NCBI GenBank assembly: GCA_000004985.1
Contig: GG738863.1
From: Naegleria gruberi
Lineage: Eukaryota
DNA length: 64,000 nt
Direction: 5' to 3' (one strand)
In this document: one piece after another, positions 11,130 to 24,315 of the stretch
How the letters are laid out: each line of letters begins with the position of its first letter
Position numbering within the stretch: position 1 is the first letter of the stretch
Translations under genes and position numbers: made by a program
The notes under the pieces: generated by a model
The model's input: only the letters and a program-made list of their open reading frames with translations
Databases searched by the model: none
Told to the model about the DNA's origin: nothing

Positions 11130-12566
11130 TTAGTGTTTGGCTGATTCTGGTGACATGAATCTGACAGCAAAGTTGAAAACGAGCAACAAGACACCACCAC
11201 CTGGACCAAGTCTCAAAACCTTTGGAACGAATCCCTTATACAAGGCCTTAACACCTTCTTCACTGTAAATCTTGGCAAGAGCTGGCAAAGTCCAATTATA
11301 CTTGTGGACAGTTCCTGGCAATTGATTTTGAATACGAGTCTTGGCAACATCGAATGGAGTATTCAACATTGTACCAAAAGTACCAGAGAGGAAACCAGCA
11401 ACGAAATCTTGGAACATACGTTGACCTTCAGAGTTTGGCTTTGGCATGGCACTCTTAACAGCGTGAATCAAACCAAAGTAACCACCATTCCAAGTGGCAT
11501 TTCTCCACATTGTTGATTCCAAACCAGTGTACAAAGTCATGATACCTTCTTGTTTGATAATCTTGGTCAAGGCATCTGATGTATTCTTGTAGAGTCCGAG
11601 ATTTTCCTTAGCTTGCAAACGAATCTTGACAAGTTCGAACTATATATTCCGATATTAATTATTGATATTGTGTTAAATAGTGTTTTCACACATCATCAGA
11701 ATTGTTTTCAATTAGTAGTAGAGTGATTGTCGGAAGGAGAAATTGTATCATTGAAATAATCGACAAGAGAAATTATGGAAATTCACCATTAACAAGTGAT
11801 AAATAACAATTAATAATTATGTGATGATATAAAACAATACATACAGGAACGACAACGAAAGCTTCAGTAATACCAGCACAAGAACCACTCAAAACAGCAC
11901 CAGTTTGTGAGAGAACACCATCAGAACCAGTAAAGTGCTTCTTAAAGAATGCATTAGCAGTGAATTTAACAGCACGCTTTGGAGCTATATGAAATGTAAG
12001 GAGGAGAAATTAATTGAATAGACCATTCTATTAATTGATCATATAATAATATCAAATACATACCTTCCATAAGAATTGGAGGGAGGATACCACGATAAAG
12101 TCCCTTGACACCATTGGCCTTGACAATTTCAGAGACAGTACCAACAATACCTGGATTATTGGTCTTACCAGCATAAAGTTGGGCTCTAGTCTTGACGACA
12201 TCCACTATTTTAATTGTTCATTATCAATTATTATTGTATTGATAGAGATAAAAGTGTTAACAAATAATAACATTAAAATTTTAAATGATCATGGTGATCT
12301 GACAAATTTTCATTAGAGTACTTACATGGATACATGATCAAAATTTCGGTAACACCAGCAATACCACCTATTATCAATCATTATTGTTTAGAATATAAAT
12401 CGTCATCATCATTATGGAATTCAATCAATTTGATCGTCATGGTGATAGGAGCAAGAAGAAGATATACAAGGACGTATACAACAAACAACACTAAACAAAT
12501 CAGCAACAATCAACAACACTTACCGGCTGCCACGTTGACAGACATACTAACGTTGTGATGGGACAT
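11130..12566 (-). CDS. Mitochondrial carrier family (SLC25) protein, possibly 2-oxodicarboxylate-carrier-like. Five exons: about 12522-12566, 12336-12377, 12063-12205, 11857-11990, 11130-11640.
   Basis: Three carrier signatures are present: LDVVKTRAQ, FELVKIRLQ and PFDVAKTRIQ. Exon 1 reads MSHHNVSMSVNVAAG|GTAAGT. Further GTAAGT/GTATGT donors and AG acceptors were read manually on the minus strand. Confidence 0.75.
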
Positions 12567-13640
12567 TTTATTCGTATTGGTTAAGGATTCAAGTTTGCGA
12601 GCCAAATCTTCTTCAACACTCCTCGTTTGAAAATGTAAATGGCGAAAAAATCGGGCGAACGAATTTCTCAGCTTTTTGGTTTGAAGCAAAATTGAGCGAT
12701 TGTAAAATGTGTTTAGCTGAGTTGAAGTTTGGAAAATCCAAGCATTGCATTTGCTGGGTTGGAAGATATTATTTCAGGAGATGAGTTTGTGAGGAATTAA
12801 TGTTGCTGCCCAGGATAATTTTGAGGTGTTTTGAAATAATGTGATAATATCTATTGCAACTTGTTTGGATAAAAAAGCGTAATGGACTTGGAGTTTACAA
12901 AAGAAATACGCGAGAATTATTCGCTTCATGAAGATTCTCATGAATTGTAGTAATTAGGAAAGAAGTTTCACATGTTGAAGGTTTGAATGTTGATGGCATT
13001 TCATTGGTTCAATAAGATTGGTTTTCATTCAATATTTTAATTAGATGCTAAATATTCCAGCTAGATAATGTCAATCAATTAAGGAGCTGATTAACATCAT
13101 TTTTTTTAATTTTGGATAGGTTTAAAATGAAAACAACCAATTATATTGAAATTTATGGTTGTTAAAAACCATCTGGATGACCTCAAAAGATGACAATCCG
13201 ATTCATACGCTCAAACAAACCAAATAAATAAGAAGAAATTTAATAAAACCACAAGAAAAAATGAGGAGGTCAAATAAAAAATATTTTCCATGCGGTTACT
13301 ACCATGTTCATTGAATTATTTTATGATTCCGAATGATGACCAAAATGCAAAACTTTCTAACTTTCGTCCCACTGAAAGCAAACATGTAGATAAGAAAGGG
13401 CTGACTAAATATTATTCTATTATGAATAGAATTTAAATTTTTAATGCTATGGAATAGTATCCTGCTGTTTAAGGTTTTAAATCTTATCGGAATTTGAGAA
13501 ATAAGAATAATAAACAATGAATGATTACAAGAATTAATGGAGTTATCACTTTTATTAATGATAACAACAGGTTATTAAATGGAAAGTGTTACATGATGTT
13601 ATACATATAGTTATGATATGATGACAGTGTTCATCTCAAT

Positions 13641-15331
13641 TTACTTATTGAGAGATTTGACCCACAAACTGGCAATGAAACTGAGGATCATTCTTGGCTT
13701 GACTTCTAAGATATCTTCGAACAACAAGAAGACAGTAGCACCAATCTTTCTGGCAACAGAGATGGCATACTTGGCATTTTGTTCAGCATCTTCATCAGAT
13801 TCACCAGGAGTGATAAAGTCCAAATTGACAGCTGATGGTCTAACAGCAGCACACAACTTGCACAAGAAGACACCAGTACGGAGTGACTTGTCATTCAAAT
13901 CATCGATTGGCTTTTCATCAGTAACCTTAGAGTTGGCCCAAGCAACAACATCCTTTTCGTCGACTTCCTTACCACCACCCAATGCCTTCAAAGTATCCAA
14001 CAAGGATCTTCTCATCAATTGCCAAATCAAACCCAAGATAATCTTCTTGTTACCATCAGCAATATCAGTACCACCAACATTGACAGTATTGAACTTGAAT
14101 TGTTTTGCCAAATCAACACAATAGTTGGTATTTTCAATAGCTTGATAACGATTCTTTGGTGGATTGGAAACTCTCTTCCATTCAACACAACCTGGCTTGA
14201 CTTTATCGAAGACCTTCAACAAGACAACACCATCTCTCAAATCTTCTGGAATGGCATTACAATCAATATCCAATGATTGAATCCAGAACTTGAAGGCACG
14301 TTCTTCACGAGTACCTTCCATATCAAAGTTCAACAAGTCAGCATAGTCATTCAAGTTGATTGGTTCCAAAGCTGGGTAGTTATTGAACAAGTTGGCAACG
14401 AAAGCCAAGTTAAGTTTTTGATTACCATTGATGACTTCCTTTGGTCTGACGAATTTACGACAACCAATCTTGTCAGCATTTTGCAACATCTTTTCAGCTC
14501 TCTTTTCCAAATCATTTTCATTCAATGGATCCTTGGAGCATTCACCATTTGGAGCAATTTGAGTTAACAAGAGAGTATATGCAACTGAATCTTTGATATC
14601 ACCTTCCAAATTCTTAATTCTTCTATCAGAACCAGCATTCTTCAAATGATAATTGACCCAACGAACCAACAAGGCAGCAGGATCCAACTTGAGTAAATCA
14701 GCCAATGATTCACCATCTTGCAAAAGTCTGACCAATTCAGGGTGATTCTTCAAGTTAATATCAGACAATAAACCAATCTTGATAATTTGCCAAACCAAAC
14801 CCAAAACAATGTGTGGTCTACCTTCATCAATGAAACCAGCTTGAATATTGACAACTCTACAACCAATAGCTTTAGCAGAGTTAATGGCCAATTCGTGGTT
14901 TTCATTACGTTCCCATGGATTCATCTTTGGCTTCTTGTTAATGACTCTTTCGTCGACAGTACCTGGAACGGCAGTGTTAATAAGCTTGTTGATCAAAACA
15001 CCATCCTTGACAGCTTCAAACAAACCATCCTTGGCAATTGGGAGTTTATCTTTCAAATCTTGATCATCCATGAGTGTGGAATTGATATAGTCGCTGTTAT
15101 ATTGAATGGATTAATTCATTCACACATTCAATTAATAAACAACAATGCATAGAACATTAATTGAAAAGGATTCGAGAATCAAAACAATAATAACAATTAA
15201 TAAATTGATTCATCAGCATATAATACTTACGTAAAAGCTTCAGTTTCTTCTTCAGTATAACCGTGGTGACCAGTACCACCAGAAACACCAACAGAAACAA
15301 CGTTAGCAGATGAATTCAACTTGTCGCTCAT
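13641..15331 (-). CDS. Fimbrin/plastin (four calponin-homology domains). Two exons: 15231-15331 and 13641-15094.
   Basis: CH-domain matches such as VINKKPKMNPWERNENHELAINSAKAIGCRVVNI..GRPHIVLGLVWQIIKIGLL, with the repeated LGLIWQLMR. Exon 1 is MSDKLNSSAN...TEAFT|GTAAGT, joined to exon 2 (...DYINSTLMDDQDLK) via acceptor aacag at about 15095. Confidence 0.85.
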
Positions 15332-15679
15332 TTTGTGTGTGGAGGATGTGAAGAGTTTGTGTGAATTTTTTTTGATTAAAATTTTTAAGATCAAAGTCAA
15401 GTGGTTTTTACATCAATCTCTGGTTAATTTTCTGATTGACGTGTGAAATGTAATGGTACCTCGTCAATCAGAAAACAGCAAACTGTAATGACTTTACAAT
15501 TTTTTGCATTTCCGAAGAGAGGAAGTATCAATAAAAAACACTTTGACATTTTACTCTGGAAATGAAACTCTAATATTGGAAGTAAATTACAATAAAGTTT
15601 GAATGATAATGACGTGTTAATGTGCTTGTTGGGAAACATTGTTTCTCATGATATCTTTAAAAAATTCTAAATTGCATTT

Positions 15680-16909
15680 CTAATAAGTTTGTTTAATTTT
15701 TTTTTCAATCTTTTTTTTACGAATCTTTTCTCGTTCTTCTTCCTTTTTCTTTTTGGAAAATACCACTTCTCCCTTTTTAGTCAAGTTTTTCTTTTCCTCT
15801 TCATTTGCTTGTTTTTCAGATTGTGATGAAATATTGTATTGATTCATGTACATTGGCGTCTTGACAGTCACCAAGAAACAAGGTAAAATAAACTTTTCTT
15901 CCTTAATAACCAGGACATTTCCATGATTCTTCGTATTGACTGTATCAGATAAAAGAACTGCACATGCAAATAATTGATTTCCTCCTCCACAATATCCAAC
16001 ACTAATTCTAGGATCCATTACAGTAACATAAATTCCAACTCCCAATGCACTTCCATTAATAACTGATAGATTATTATTCTTTCCTGGAACGAGGAGTCCA
16101 TTTTCTATAATGCTCTCGATATTGTGTGGGGAAGTTCCATGAAAACAGAGAAAGATACGATCAGTGACTGATTTCCCTATACGTTGCTCTTCTGAAATAA
16201 TTGCTTTTGTGAAACGATTCAATAAATCATTCTTGATAATACATTTGATATCTGAAACTGGATAACTACTCTTGAATCTGTTAGTGATAATCTCATTATA
16301 ATTGGCCCAAAATGAGATTGGATGATGAAATACTTTAGAAATTGGAACTGGCTTTCTACTAACTGATGGATCTTCTTTGAGTTTCTTTTCCTTCTTGAGA
16401 CGATTCTTCTTTGATAAACCAGCTGAAATACTAATTGTTTGATTAGAAGCAGATGGAATTGGAAACTCCCTCAGATTTGGATTCAAATGTTCATCCCAAC
16501 TCCAATTCATCATATTTTCCAAATAAATTTCATTCAGGAATGGCAAATCCTCAACTCTAACCTGAACTTCTTCCTCGACATCCAAATTTTCAAGTGCAGA
16601 ATCGTCAATTTCAATTTCAATTTCCTCATCAGAGGCAAACTCATCATATTCTACATTTTCATCATCCTCATCATTATTTTCATCATTATTTTCATCATGA
16701 ACCACAACACACTGATCATTGTCATGATTATTATCGGACAATGTAACATTCATCATTTCTATTAATTCCTCTCGGGTTGTTCCCATCTCTAGTAAATCCT
16801 CTTCACTGAGACACATAATCTCCTCGAGAGTTAAATTCACATTGCCTTCCTCTTCTTCTTGATTTAAAGACAATTCTGCAACAGATTCAGCTAGCTCCTC
16901 ATCAAGCAT
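15680..16909 (-). CDS. PARP-like ADP-ribosyltransferase with a C-terminal PARP catalytic fold, an acidic N-terminal region and a K/E-rich tail.
   Basis: LCFHGTSPHNIESIIENGLLVPG (the H-G-S/T NAD-binding element) followed by GSALGVGIYVTVM...VGYC (the G.G.Y element of PARP catalytic domains). Acidic stretch DENNDENNDEDDENVEYDE. Confidence 0.6.
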   Translation of the reverse strand: MLDEELAESVAELSLNQEEEEGNVNLTLEEIMCLSEEDLLEMGTTREELIEMMNVTLSDNNHDNDQCVVVHDENNDENNDEDDENVEYDEFASDEEIEIEIDDSALENLDVEEEVQVRVEDLPFLNEIYLENMMNWSWDEHLNPNLREFPIPSASNQTISISAGLSKKNRLKKEKKLKEDPSVSRKPVPISKVFHHPISFWANYNEIITNRFKSSYPVSDIKCIIKNDLLNRFTKAIISEEQRIGKSVTDRIFLCFHGTSPHNIESIIENGLLVPGKNNNLSVINGSALGVGIYVTVMDPRISVGYCGGGNQLFACAVLLSDTVNTKNHGNVLVIKEEKFILPCFLVTVKTPMYMNQYNISSQSEKQANEEEKKNLTKKGEVVFSKKKKEEEREKIRKKKIEKKIKQTY

Positions 16910-17116
16910 TTTTTTAAAATACTTTTTTTATTGTAAATCAATTTGAAAGTTGCATTTTCAAGTGAAATCAAAGAATTGATTGTTATTTTTAGGTTTTATT
17001 GTACAATATTACGAAGAGATTAATATTCAATTACAACAGTTTCATAAACAACCCATAAACCTTTTGATACTTGTTGTCAACCTCGATTGTTGACAAACTA
17101 ATCCAGTACAAAAAAA

Positions 17117-19805
17117 ATGACAACATCAATAACCAATGCTAACTCATTTGACAATAACCCGATCAATAGATTGCAACACTCTCTCAACAAATTATTTAAT
17201 AATTCAACAAAAATTGATGAAAAATGGTTACGGAAAATTTTGGAACTTCACGATGAAGAGGTTAGTTATATTCTCTACTCACATATAATTGAGTAATGGG
17301 GATTTGTGTTTGATGATTGGATATTTGTGATTGCTAAATAATTATTAGAAAAGTGAAGGATTAGCGAGCTCATTAACACAAGAGGAAATTAGAAAGGAAA
17401 TTGAATTAATTATTGGTCCAGAGAATGAATGGAGATTTGATTCTGAACAAGCTCAACAATTCCGTGAAAAATGTATAAAATTGAGAGAAAAATCAGTGGA
17501 AGAAATGGATATAATAGATGTCATCTCTAATCAAAAAACTATTTCTTATGATTTCAAATATGAAAGGGATCAAACTCAATATGTTCATCCCGTAGAAAAT
17601 GATACTAATATGACACAATATTTGAATTTATGGGATTTAGTTCAACCTACAAGAGTTGAAATTATTGGAATTGAAAATCTTAATATTCAACCTGAAAAAT
17701 CTCAAAGTGGAAATTCCTATTTATATATCTGTTGTGAATTATTTCATGGTGGAACTCCACTTACTAAAGGAAGATTTACCAGAATGATTCCTCTTCACAC
17801 CTCTCCTCAGTGGAATCAATTTGTTATTTTCAATGATGTTTTACTTTGTGATCTTCCAAGAGAAACAAAAATTTGCTTTACAATATTTTCAAGACAAATG
17901 AATGAAACAGACCAGTCATTGGATTCACCTAATTGTATTAGCGGTAAAGACACTCCTCTTGGGTATGTCATTATCCCAATGTTTGACTTTAAGGGGTTAT
18001 TGAAACAGGGTGAATTTCATTCTATAATGAAACCAAATGGGAGAGCAATGCCATATAGTATACCAATTGAGAATATTGGAAATGAAACATCAATTTTTAT
18101 TAATTATCGACTAGATAGCCATTCGGATTCTGTGGTCTTTCCCCAAGGAAAACCTCCAAAGAGGATGGAAGAATGCCTTGATTCATTTGAACAAAATATT
18201 AAGGAATTTTTCAAAGATTTACCACAGGAAGAACAATTGAATCAAATCATTAATCAGATAATTACTCGAGACTCTCTTCAAAATCTAACACAGGAGGAAA
18301 GATGGTTGCTATGGTCAAATAGAGAAGTACTTATTGAAATACCTAAAGCTTTACCCAAGTTTATTTTGAGCGTACCATGGAAGATGCCACACGCTGTTCA
18401 TATTGCTCATTCATTGCTTTCTATATGGAAACCAATTTCCCCACTGGATGCATTAGAATTATTGAGCTACAAATTTGCAGATTCTAAGGTCAGACAATAT
18501 GCCATTGAAAGACTTGACGAACTTGATGATGCTCAATTGAGTGATTTTTTACTTCAATTAGTTCAATCTCTAAAATATGAACCATATCATGATAGCAGTC
18601 TTTCCAGATTTTTGCTAGAGAGAAGTTTGAGATCTCCACATACTATTGGCCACTTTGTCTTTTGGCATTTGAAAGCCGATATGCATGTCCCCTCATTCAA
18701 AGAGAGATTCTGTCTGATATTGGAAGAATACTTATCGAATTCGGGCAATCACAGAAGAGAATTATTGAAACAGGTCTTTGTTTTGGATCAATTACTGGAA
18801 ATTTCCATTAAAATCAAGCAAGAAAAGTTGGAGGATTGTAAATCAACATTTGAAAAATTAATTAACAATGTCAAACTACCTAAAAAATTCAAGCTACCAA
18901 TATCACCACATATGGAAGTCACAGAAATCATTCCACACAAATGTAAATTCATGGATACTAAACACAGAGGTTTGTGGCTCTGTTTCAAGAATGCAGACAA
19001 AAGAGGAGATAATATCCATATAATCTTTAAGGCAGGTGATGACCTACGTTCGGATCAATTGATTGTGCAACTTTTACGAGTTATGGATAAATTGTGGAAG
19101 AAGGAAGGTCTAGATCTCCATTTGAAACCCTATGCTAGTATTTGTACAGGTGAATTGATTGGAATGATTGAAATTGTTAAGAATAGTGAAACAGTTGCAC
19201 ATATAGTAAAGGGCTCTGGACATGGCATAGCACGGGTTTTCAATTCAGATATAATTCATGACTGGCTCAAGATGCACAACCACAGAGAAGATGAATGGAA
19301 TGGAATTGTTGATAATTTTGTTAGGTCATGTGCAGCTTATTGTCCAGCTACCTATGTTTTGGGTGTTGGTGACAGACACAATGATAACATTATGGTGACA
19401 AGGAAGGGAGATTTGTTTCACATTGATTTCACTTACTTTTTAGGCTGCTTTAGGTATCATTTTGTGCGAGAATCTACTCCTTTCATATTCAATCCAATGC
19501 ATTCTCATGTCATGGGAGGTGAAAATAGTGAAATGTTTGAGAAATTCTGTGAATTGAGTTGTCAGTCATATGCTTGTTTATGTAAATATGGTCAAGTGAT
19601 AATAACTTTATTTATATTAATGTTGGGTGCTGATATTCCACATTTGAAAAGTATTGAAAATGTTATGTGGTTGAAGAAGAGCTTAATGTTGAATGGATCA
19701 AAGGAATATACAGACAAACATTTCCGTTCCCAGATTAAGGAAAGTATGCGGCAGTCTCGTGCACGAATTGGTGATGCAATACATATTTTTCCAATCAAAA
19801 GATGA
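17117..19805 (+). CDS. Phosphatidylinositol 3-kinase catalytic subunit, Vps34-like (class III): C2, helical and kinase domains. Two exons: 17117-17260 and 17349-19805.
   Basis: Kinase motifs GDDLRSDQLIVQLLRVMDKLW, GVGDRHNDNIMVTRKGDLFHIDFTYFLG and MGGENSEMFEKF...LFILMLGADIPHL. Exon 1 is MTTSITNAN...LHDEE|GTTAGT and the acceptor is attattag|AAAAGTGAAGG, read in-frame. Total is about 870 aa with a C2 domain at the N-terminus and no Ras-binding domain. Confidence 0.75.
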
Positions 19806-20032
19806 CTATTTTAAATCCTCACAATGATCTAGATATGATGGGGGACAATCTGGCTTTCAGCTACCACAAGGGAGTTATATGGAAGTTTTGATGAAATAAA
19901 TATTGAAAAAACAGCTGCCTCTCAACAAAAACCAATACCAAACCTTGATCCTCGCATTCAGATCTATAAGTCTAACAGTTGTTTGGTCATGGTTGAATGA
20001 CAATATCATCTAACGATGCTCTTAAGAGTAGC

Positions 20033-21145
20033 TCATTTGACTATGTTAGAAGTTAATTTGTTCAATGATTCCTGAAGTAATTTGATTCCTTTCTGGGTTA
20101 GGACATTACAACTAATATCTAGCTGAGTTAAATTTGACATTTCACTAATATATTTAGCTCCTTCATCACCAATAGAGTTTGATCTGACAGACAGACAGGT
20201 TAAATTTTTCATTTCACTAATTGATTTAACTCCCTTATCACGAATATCATTCTCACTAATATTAAGGGATATTAATTGTTTCATTCCACTAATGTATTTG
20301 ACTCCTTCCTTTCCAATATCATTAAAATCTAGTAGAAGAGTTTTTAAATTTGTCATTTGACTTATTGATTTTGCTCCCTCCGGTCCAATGTCATTGACAC
20401 CAGCATCCAATTCAGTCAATTTGGTCATTTGACTAATTTCTAAGGCTAATGAATCACTAATATGATTCTTTCTGATACCAAGTTTCGTCATGTCTTTTAA
20501 TTTACAAACAGATGCCACTCCTTTTTTACCAAGTCCACACCCATTAATACTTAATGTTCTCAATTGTTGCATTGCACCAATTTTTTTGGCTCCTTTCTCT
20601 CCAATACAACAGTTATCAATATGTAGTTCAGTTAATTTGTCCAATTCTCTAATAACATTTACTCCCCTGTTTCCAATATTAATACAATCACTTATATTAA
20701 GACTATTCAATTGTTTCAATTCACCAATATACGATCTTAAATCTTCACCGAAAATAAACTTGGAGCGAATTTTCAATGACTTCAATTGATTCAGTTTTTT
20801 CATAAAGTTGCTAGACAGTTCCATTTCCATTTCTTTGTTCCAAAAACAAATTGTAAGTTTCTCAACACATTCCAAAAATTGGCACTCCATCATCTTGTAA
20901 ATTGTGGTGGCACTTAAAATATCAATTTCTAGAGAAAATCTCCAACGTTCCCTCACGACGTTAAACCATTGTTTTGAAATCAGACACAAATTATTCAAAA
21001 TAAATGATGTATTATCACCAACAAATGAAATAATTTCATAGCAAATATCATCAATGAATATTTCTTTTTCAACAATGTTATGCTCTTTAATTATTACATT
21101 AATACTCACCATGTAAAATCTTTTTGGAGGCTTGTTGATTATCAT
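20033..21145 (-). CDS. Leucine-rich-repeat protein (ribonuclease-inhibitor-type LRRs) with an F-box-like N-terminal region.
   Basis: Tandem repeats of about 28 aa of the form L..L.I..N.IG.EGAK.I..M..L..L. Confidence 0.55.
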   Translation of the reverse strand: MIINKPPKRFYMVSINVIIKEHNIVEKEIFIDDICYEIISFVGDNTSFILNNLCLISKQWFNVVRERWRFSLEIDILSATTIYKMMECQFLECVEKLTICFWNKEMEMELSSNFMKKLNQLKSLKIRSKFIFGEDLRSYIGELKQLNSLNISDCINIGNRGVNVIRELDKLTELHIDNCCIGEKGAKKIGAMQQLRTLSINGCGLGKKGVASVCKLKDMTKLGIRKNHISDSLALEISQMTKLTELDAGVNDIGPEGAKSISQMTNLKTLLLDFNDIGKEGVKYISGMKQLISLNISENDIRDKGVKSISEMKNLTCLSVRSNSIGDEGAKYISEMSNLTQLDISCNVLTQKGIKLLQESLNKLTSNIVK

Positions 21146-21299
21146 CTTCCGACCATTTGATGAATTCTGTTCTTGATCGTTTTCTCATTTTTTTGTTTTA
21201 AAAATTCAATTTAATTCCGTCAAAGGCCAAATCTTTGTTCTAACAATACTTTGTAATGTTCCAAAAGAAACATTCTTAATTTTTGAAAAATCCAATTAT

Positions 21300-22585
21300 T
21301 TATTCCAAATTCTTCAATTCAACGGTACATCCAATTTTATCCTTCAAATGAATGATCATATCCTTAGTCATCTTATCCAAATTGTATTCTTCTTGCCAAT
21401 TCCACTTAGCTCTAGCATTGGAATCGTCGAATGCCTTTGGCCAAGAGTCAGCAATTGCTTGTCTGAAATCTGGCTTGTAGGTCACTTGGAATGATGGAAT
21501 ATATTTGAGAATAGCTTGATGGAGCATTGCTGGAGTCAATGAGAAACTAGTAATGTTAAATGTTCTTTGACCAGCTCTCTTCAAATCTTCATTAGTCAGA
21601 TCGAAAATGTACTTGACAGTGGCACGAATGCAATCACTCATGTACATCATTGGAAGAGGAGTATTTTCACTAACGAAACATTCATAAGTTTTACCATGGA
21701 GAGCATAGTAGAACATGAAAACAGCCCAATCAGTAGTACCACCACCCTATTTTTTACAATAAATTTTAAATAATTTCAATAATAATTAACATTACAATAT
21801 TATGTCAATATAATGATAAATATTTCAAAAATCAAATTCTACTTACAGGTTCAGACAAATAACTGATAATACCAGGATAACGCAAAGATCTAAAATCAAG
21901 ACCATGCTTATAGGCATAATATTCACCCATATGTTCAGCATAAACCTTACCAATACCATAAATAGTTGTTGGTCTTTGAATGGTGACATCAGGTGTCAAA
22001 TCGAGTGGAGTTGTTGGACCAAAAGCAGCAATTGAAGATGGAATAAATACAGAACAATTGTTTTCTTTGGAAACTTCCAAAACATTGTGAAGACCAACAG
22101 TGTTTAATTCCAAAGCTGGAATTGGATTTCTTTCAGCTGCAGCAGACAAAAATGCAGCATTGTGAATAATGTGAGTAATTTCTTCCTTTTTAACAATTTG
22201 TGAAAGTCTAGCCTTATTGTTTGCATCCACTGTAATTATTCACACAAAAATTCCATAAATGGTTCTTTTTAACACCAAGTTGACTAGAAAACTTACAAAA
22301 TACAAAAGGTTCTCCATTTTGGAGTGATTCCATTGATGGAAGAGTAACATCACTAGTTACAACAGATTCCTTTCCGAAACGATTTCTCAAAGCAGTCGAC
22401 AATTCAACACCTTTTTCACATTACAATTATTACAACAAATTCACACACATTAAAAACTCACCAATTTGTCCATTTGATCCAATCAACAATACTCTTTGAC
22501 CAAGAACATTAGTAGTCGAATAATTTCTAGCAGAAAAAGTATTAACACTCTTCAAAAGTGGTGAAATATTCTTTGAAATTCTCAT
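21300..22585 (-). CDS. L-threonine 3-dehydrogenase, mitochondrial (NAD-dependent epimerase/dehydratase family). Four exons: about 22460-22585, 22299-22420, 21846-22235, 21300-21753.
   Basis: Near-colinear match to animal TDH: RVLLIGSNGQIGVELSTALRNRFGKE, HNVLEVSKENNCSVFIPSSIAAFGPTTP, TIYGIGKVYAEHMGEYYAYKHGLDFRSLRYPGIIS, LPMMYMSDCIRAT, AIADSWP..DDSNARAKWNWQ. The N-terminus MRISKNISPLLKSVNTFSARNYS looks like a mitochondrial presequence. GTGAGT/GTAAGT donors were read manually. Confidence 0.8.
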
Positions 22586-22734
22586 TCCTATTTAAATCAT
22601 TGTGTTATCATTATGTTATTATCATCATTATATAATAATATTCGGAGGATGAACATTTAACCATTCCATCATCATCACAATATTTAATATTTTCACACAC
22701 AAATCAGTCAGCATCATCAATTCACACACACAAT

Positions 22735-22760
22735 ATTATTATTATTATTATTATTAATAT
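22735..22760. repeat. (ATT)n microsatellite next to a (CA)n run in the 5' region of the TDH gene.
   Basis: cacacacaatattattattattattattattaat is visible. Confidence 0.6.
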
Positions 22761-23058
22761 CATAAACAATCGACAACAAATAATCCGCAATCAATGATGA
22801 TCGAACTAGAACCAATCAATATCATCACACCAACCTACCTTCTCAGTAGTACCAATTGAAAAATTAGAGAGAGCTGTTAAAATGTTTTTTTTGTGTAAAA
22901 AGCAAATTTGAAGCTTCCTTTGGTGATGAATAGGCAATATTGTGTTGTGGTTGTGATGACTCTTTGTGGCGGAGAGAGAATGAGTCCAATTAAAAACGTT
23001 TATTGTAAACTCAAGTTCTTAAGATGTTGAACTGTAGTTGAGTAATGGTTAATTACTG

Positions 23059-24315
23059 TTAAGCAATGAAAATTGACAATGTTGAGAACAATAGTAAATA
23101 AAAGATTATTGTCGGGGAAAGATGTTGTGAGCTAGAGCCACTAATGGTCTTGCTACTCGATTTGTAAACGTATGGTGTTGAAGAAGTTGGACCCACATTC
23201 TGATAGACAGGAGTGGAATATCCTCCAGTTGCAAGTAAAATCAACTCACCTGCTGTTCCACAATGAAATGGATATGCAAGATTTGATGCATTGGCAGCTG
23301 ACCAAATTGAACTGACAGCATCTGAAACATCCAATCCACATGAAATGAGAGCGTATCCACAAGGAGTCATTTCATAATTAACATTCATTAATGTTGGTAA
23401 GTAATCTTTAGCATTGGGATATTTCCAATTCGGGTGATATTTCAGAAATGTGGAGCAGAGAGCATTTGTGGATTTGTTTAATGGAAAGTTGAAAGCAGCT
23501 GGCCACAATTGAGAAGCTGCATCTGGATATAATATAGTCCAATTTGATGGAGTAACAACATCTGAATCGCCTAAACCATAATTATAATTAAAATTGGATG
23601 TGCTCCACATGTATTGATTGACCAACTCAATCATTCCACTTGCAGCAGAGGAACAAGTATTGGCAAGTGATGTATCATTGATTACTTTAGCAAGATATTC
23701 ACAACTTTTGAATCCCGCATAGACCTCAGATTGATCCATTAAATACTTGATGTGATAATTTGGTTTAGCCCAAGTCAACCCATTTTGCATGGTTGACTGC
23801 ATGGCCTTTACACTATTTCTTACTCCTGGCATGATTTGATTGGTTGTATAGTTTTTATCGACAGCATAAACTGAAGCCACAGCCATAATAAATAATGCAG
23901 CATATGAATCAGTACTATCCATATCATTGGTAGAACTCCAAGCAAATGCTGAACTAGCTCTTGTGTAATCTGTGATATAACCAGTTGAGTTGCTCTGATG
24001 TGAAACAAACCATCGAAACCAATTCCAAGCATAGACAGATGCAGTGGTAGTTCCAGTTGTGGACATGGCTCTAGCCAAGCCAAGAATTGCAAAATTCGAA
24101 TGATATGTATTCACATCTACTTTATCTTTCCACACGGAAAGTGAACCATCAGGAGAGGTGCAGTCAATGATGAATTGTTGCAATTGTTGAATCATTTTCA
24201 TATCCAATGATGAAGAGGAGCTTGTTGTCAGGTCAATGTTGGATAAAAAACAAAGGACAAAAGCAACAAGGAAAAGAATAGAGAGACGAGATCTGGAGTG
24301 GGATGATTTTCGCAT
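23059..24315 (-). CDS. Secreted or GPI-anchored protein of unknown function, 418 aa.
   Basis: N-terminal signal peptide (RLSILFLVAFVLCFLSNIDL), Ser-rich regions and a hydrophobic C-terminal tail (IIFYLLLFSTLSIFIA) preceded by small residues. No family recognised. Confidence 0.4.
   Translation of the reverse strand: MRKSSHSRSRLSILFLVAFVLCFLSNIDLTTSSSSSLDMKMIQQLQQFIIDCTSPDGSLSVWKDKVDVNTYHSNFAILGLARAMSTTGTTTASVYAWNWFRWFVSHQSNSTGYITDYTRASSAFAWSSTNDMDSTDSYAALFIMAVASVYAVDKNYTTNQIMPGVRNSVKAMQSTMQNGLTWAKPNYHIKYLMDQSEVYAGFKSCEYLAKVINDTSLANTCSSAASGMIELVNQYMWSTSNFNYNYGLGDSDVVTPSNWTILYPDAASQLWPAAFNFPLNKSTNALCSTFLKYHPNWKYPNAKDYLPTLMNVNYEMTPCGYALISCGLDVSDAVSSIWSAANASNLAYPFHCGTAGELILLATGGYSTPVYQNVGPTSSTPYVYKSSSKTISGSSSQHLSPTIIFYLLLFSTLSIFIA

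Noticed and set aside
6200-13640. Possible tRNA genes in intergenic segments (6200-7090, 7908-8213, 8799-9104, 12567-13640, 22590-23058, 37753-38338, 49343-49774).
   Set aside because: Visual scanning found no cloverleaf-compatible GC-rich segments of 72-90 nt with conserved T-loop (GTTCRANYC) or D-loop boxes. This cannot be fully excluded without tRNAscan-SE.
13618-15152. Plus-strand ORFs (13618..14124, 14019..14276, 14277..14567, 14787..15152) opposite the fimbrin gene.
   Set aside because: Antisense to a well-supported CH-domain CDS, with no recognisable motifs.
17117-19805. Class I PI3K (Ras-binding, p110-like) identity for the PI3-kinase.
   Set aside because: No Ras-binding domain or long N-terminal extension. 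The C2 domain starts almost immediately. The size of about 870 aa and the MGGENSEMFEKF...LFILMLGADIPHL C-terminus fit class III Vps34 better. DRHNDN is admittedly closer to class I DRHNSN, so this remains a moderate-confidence call.
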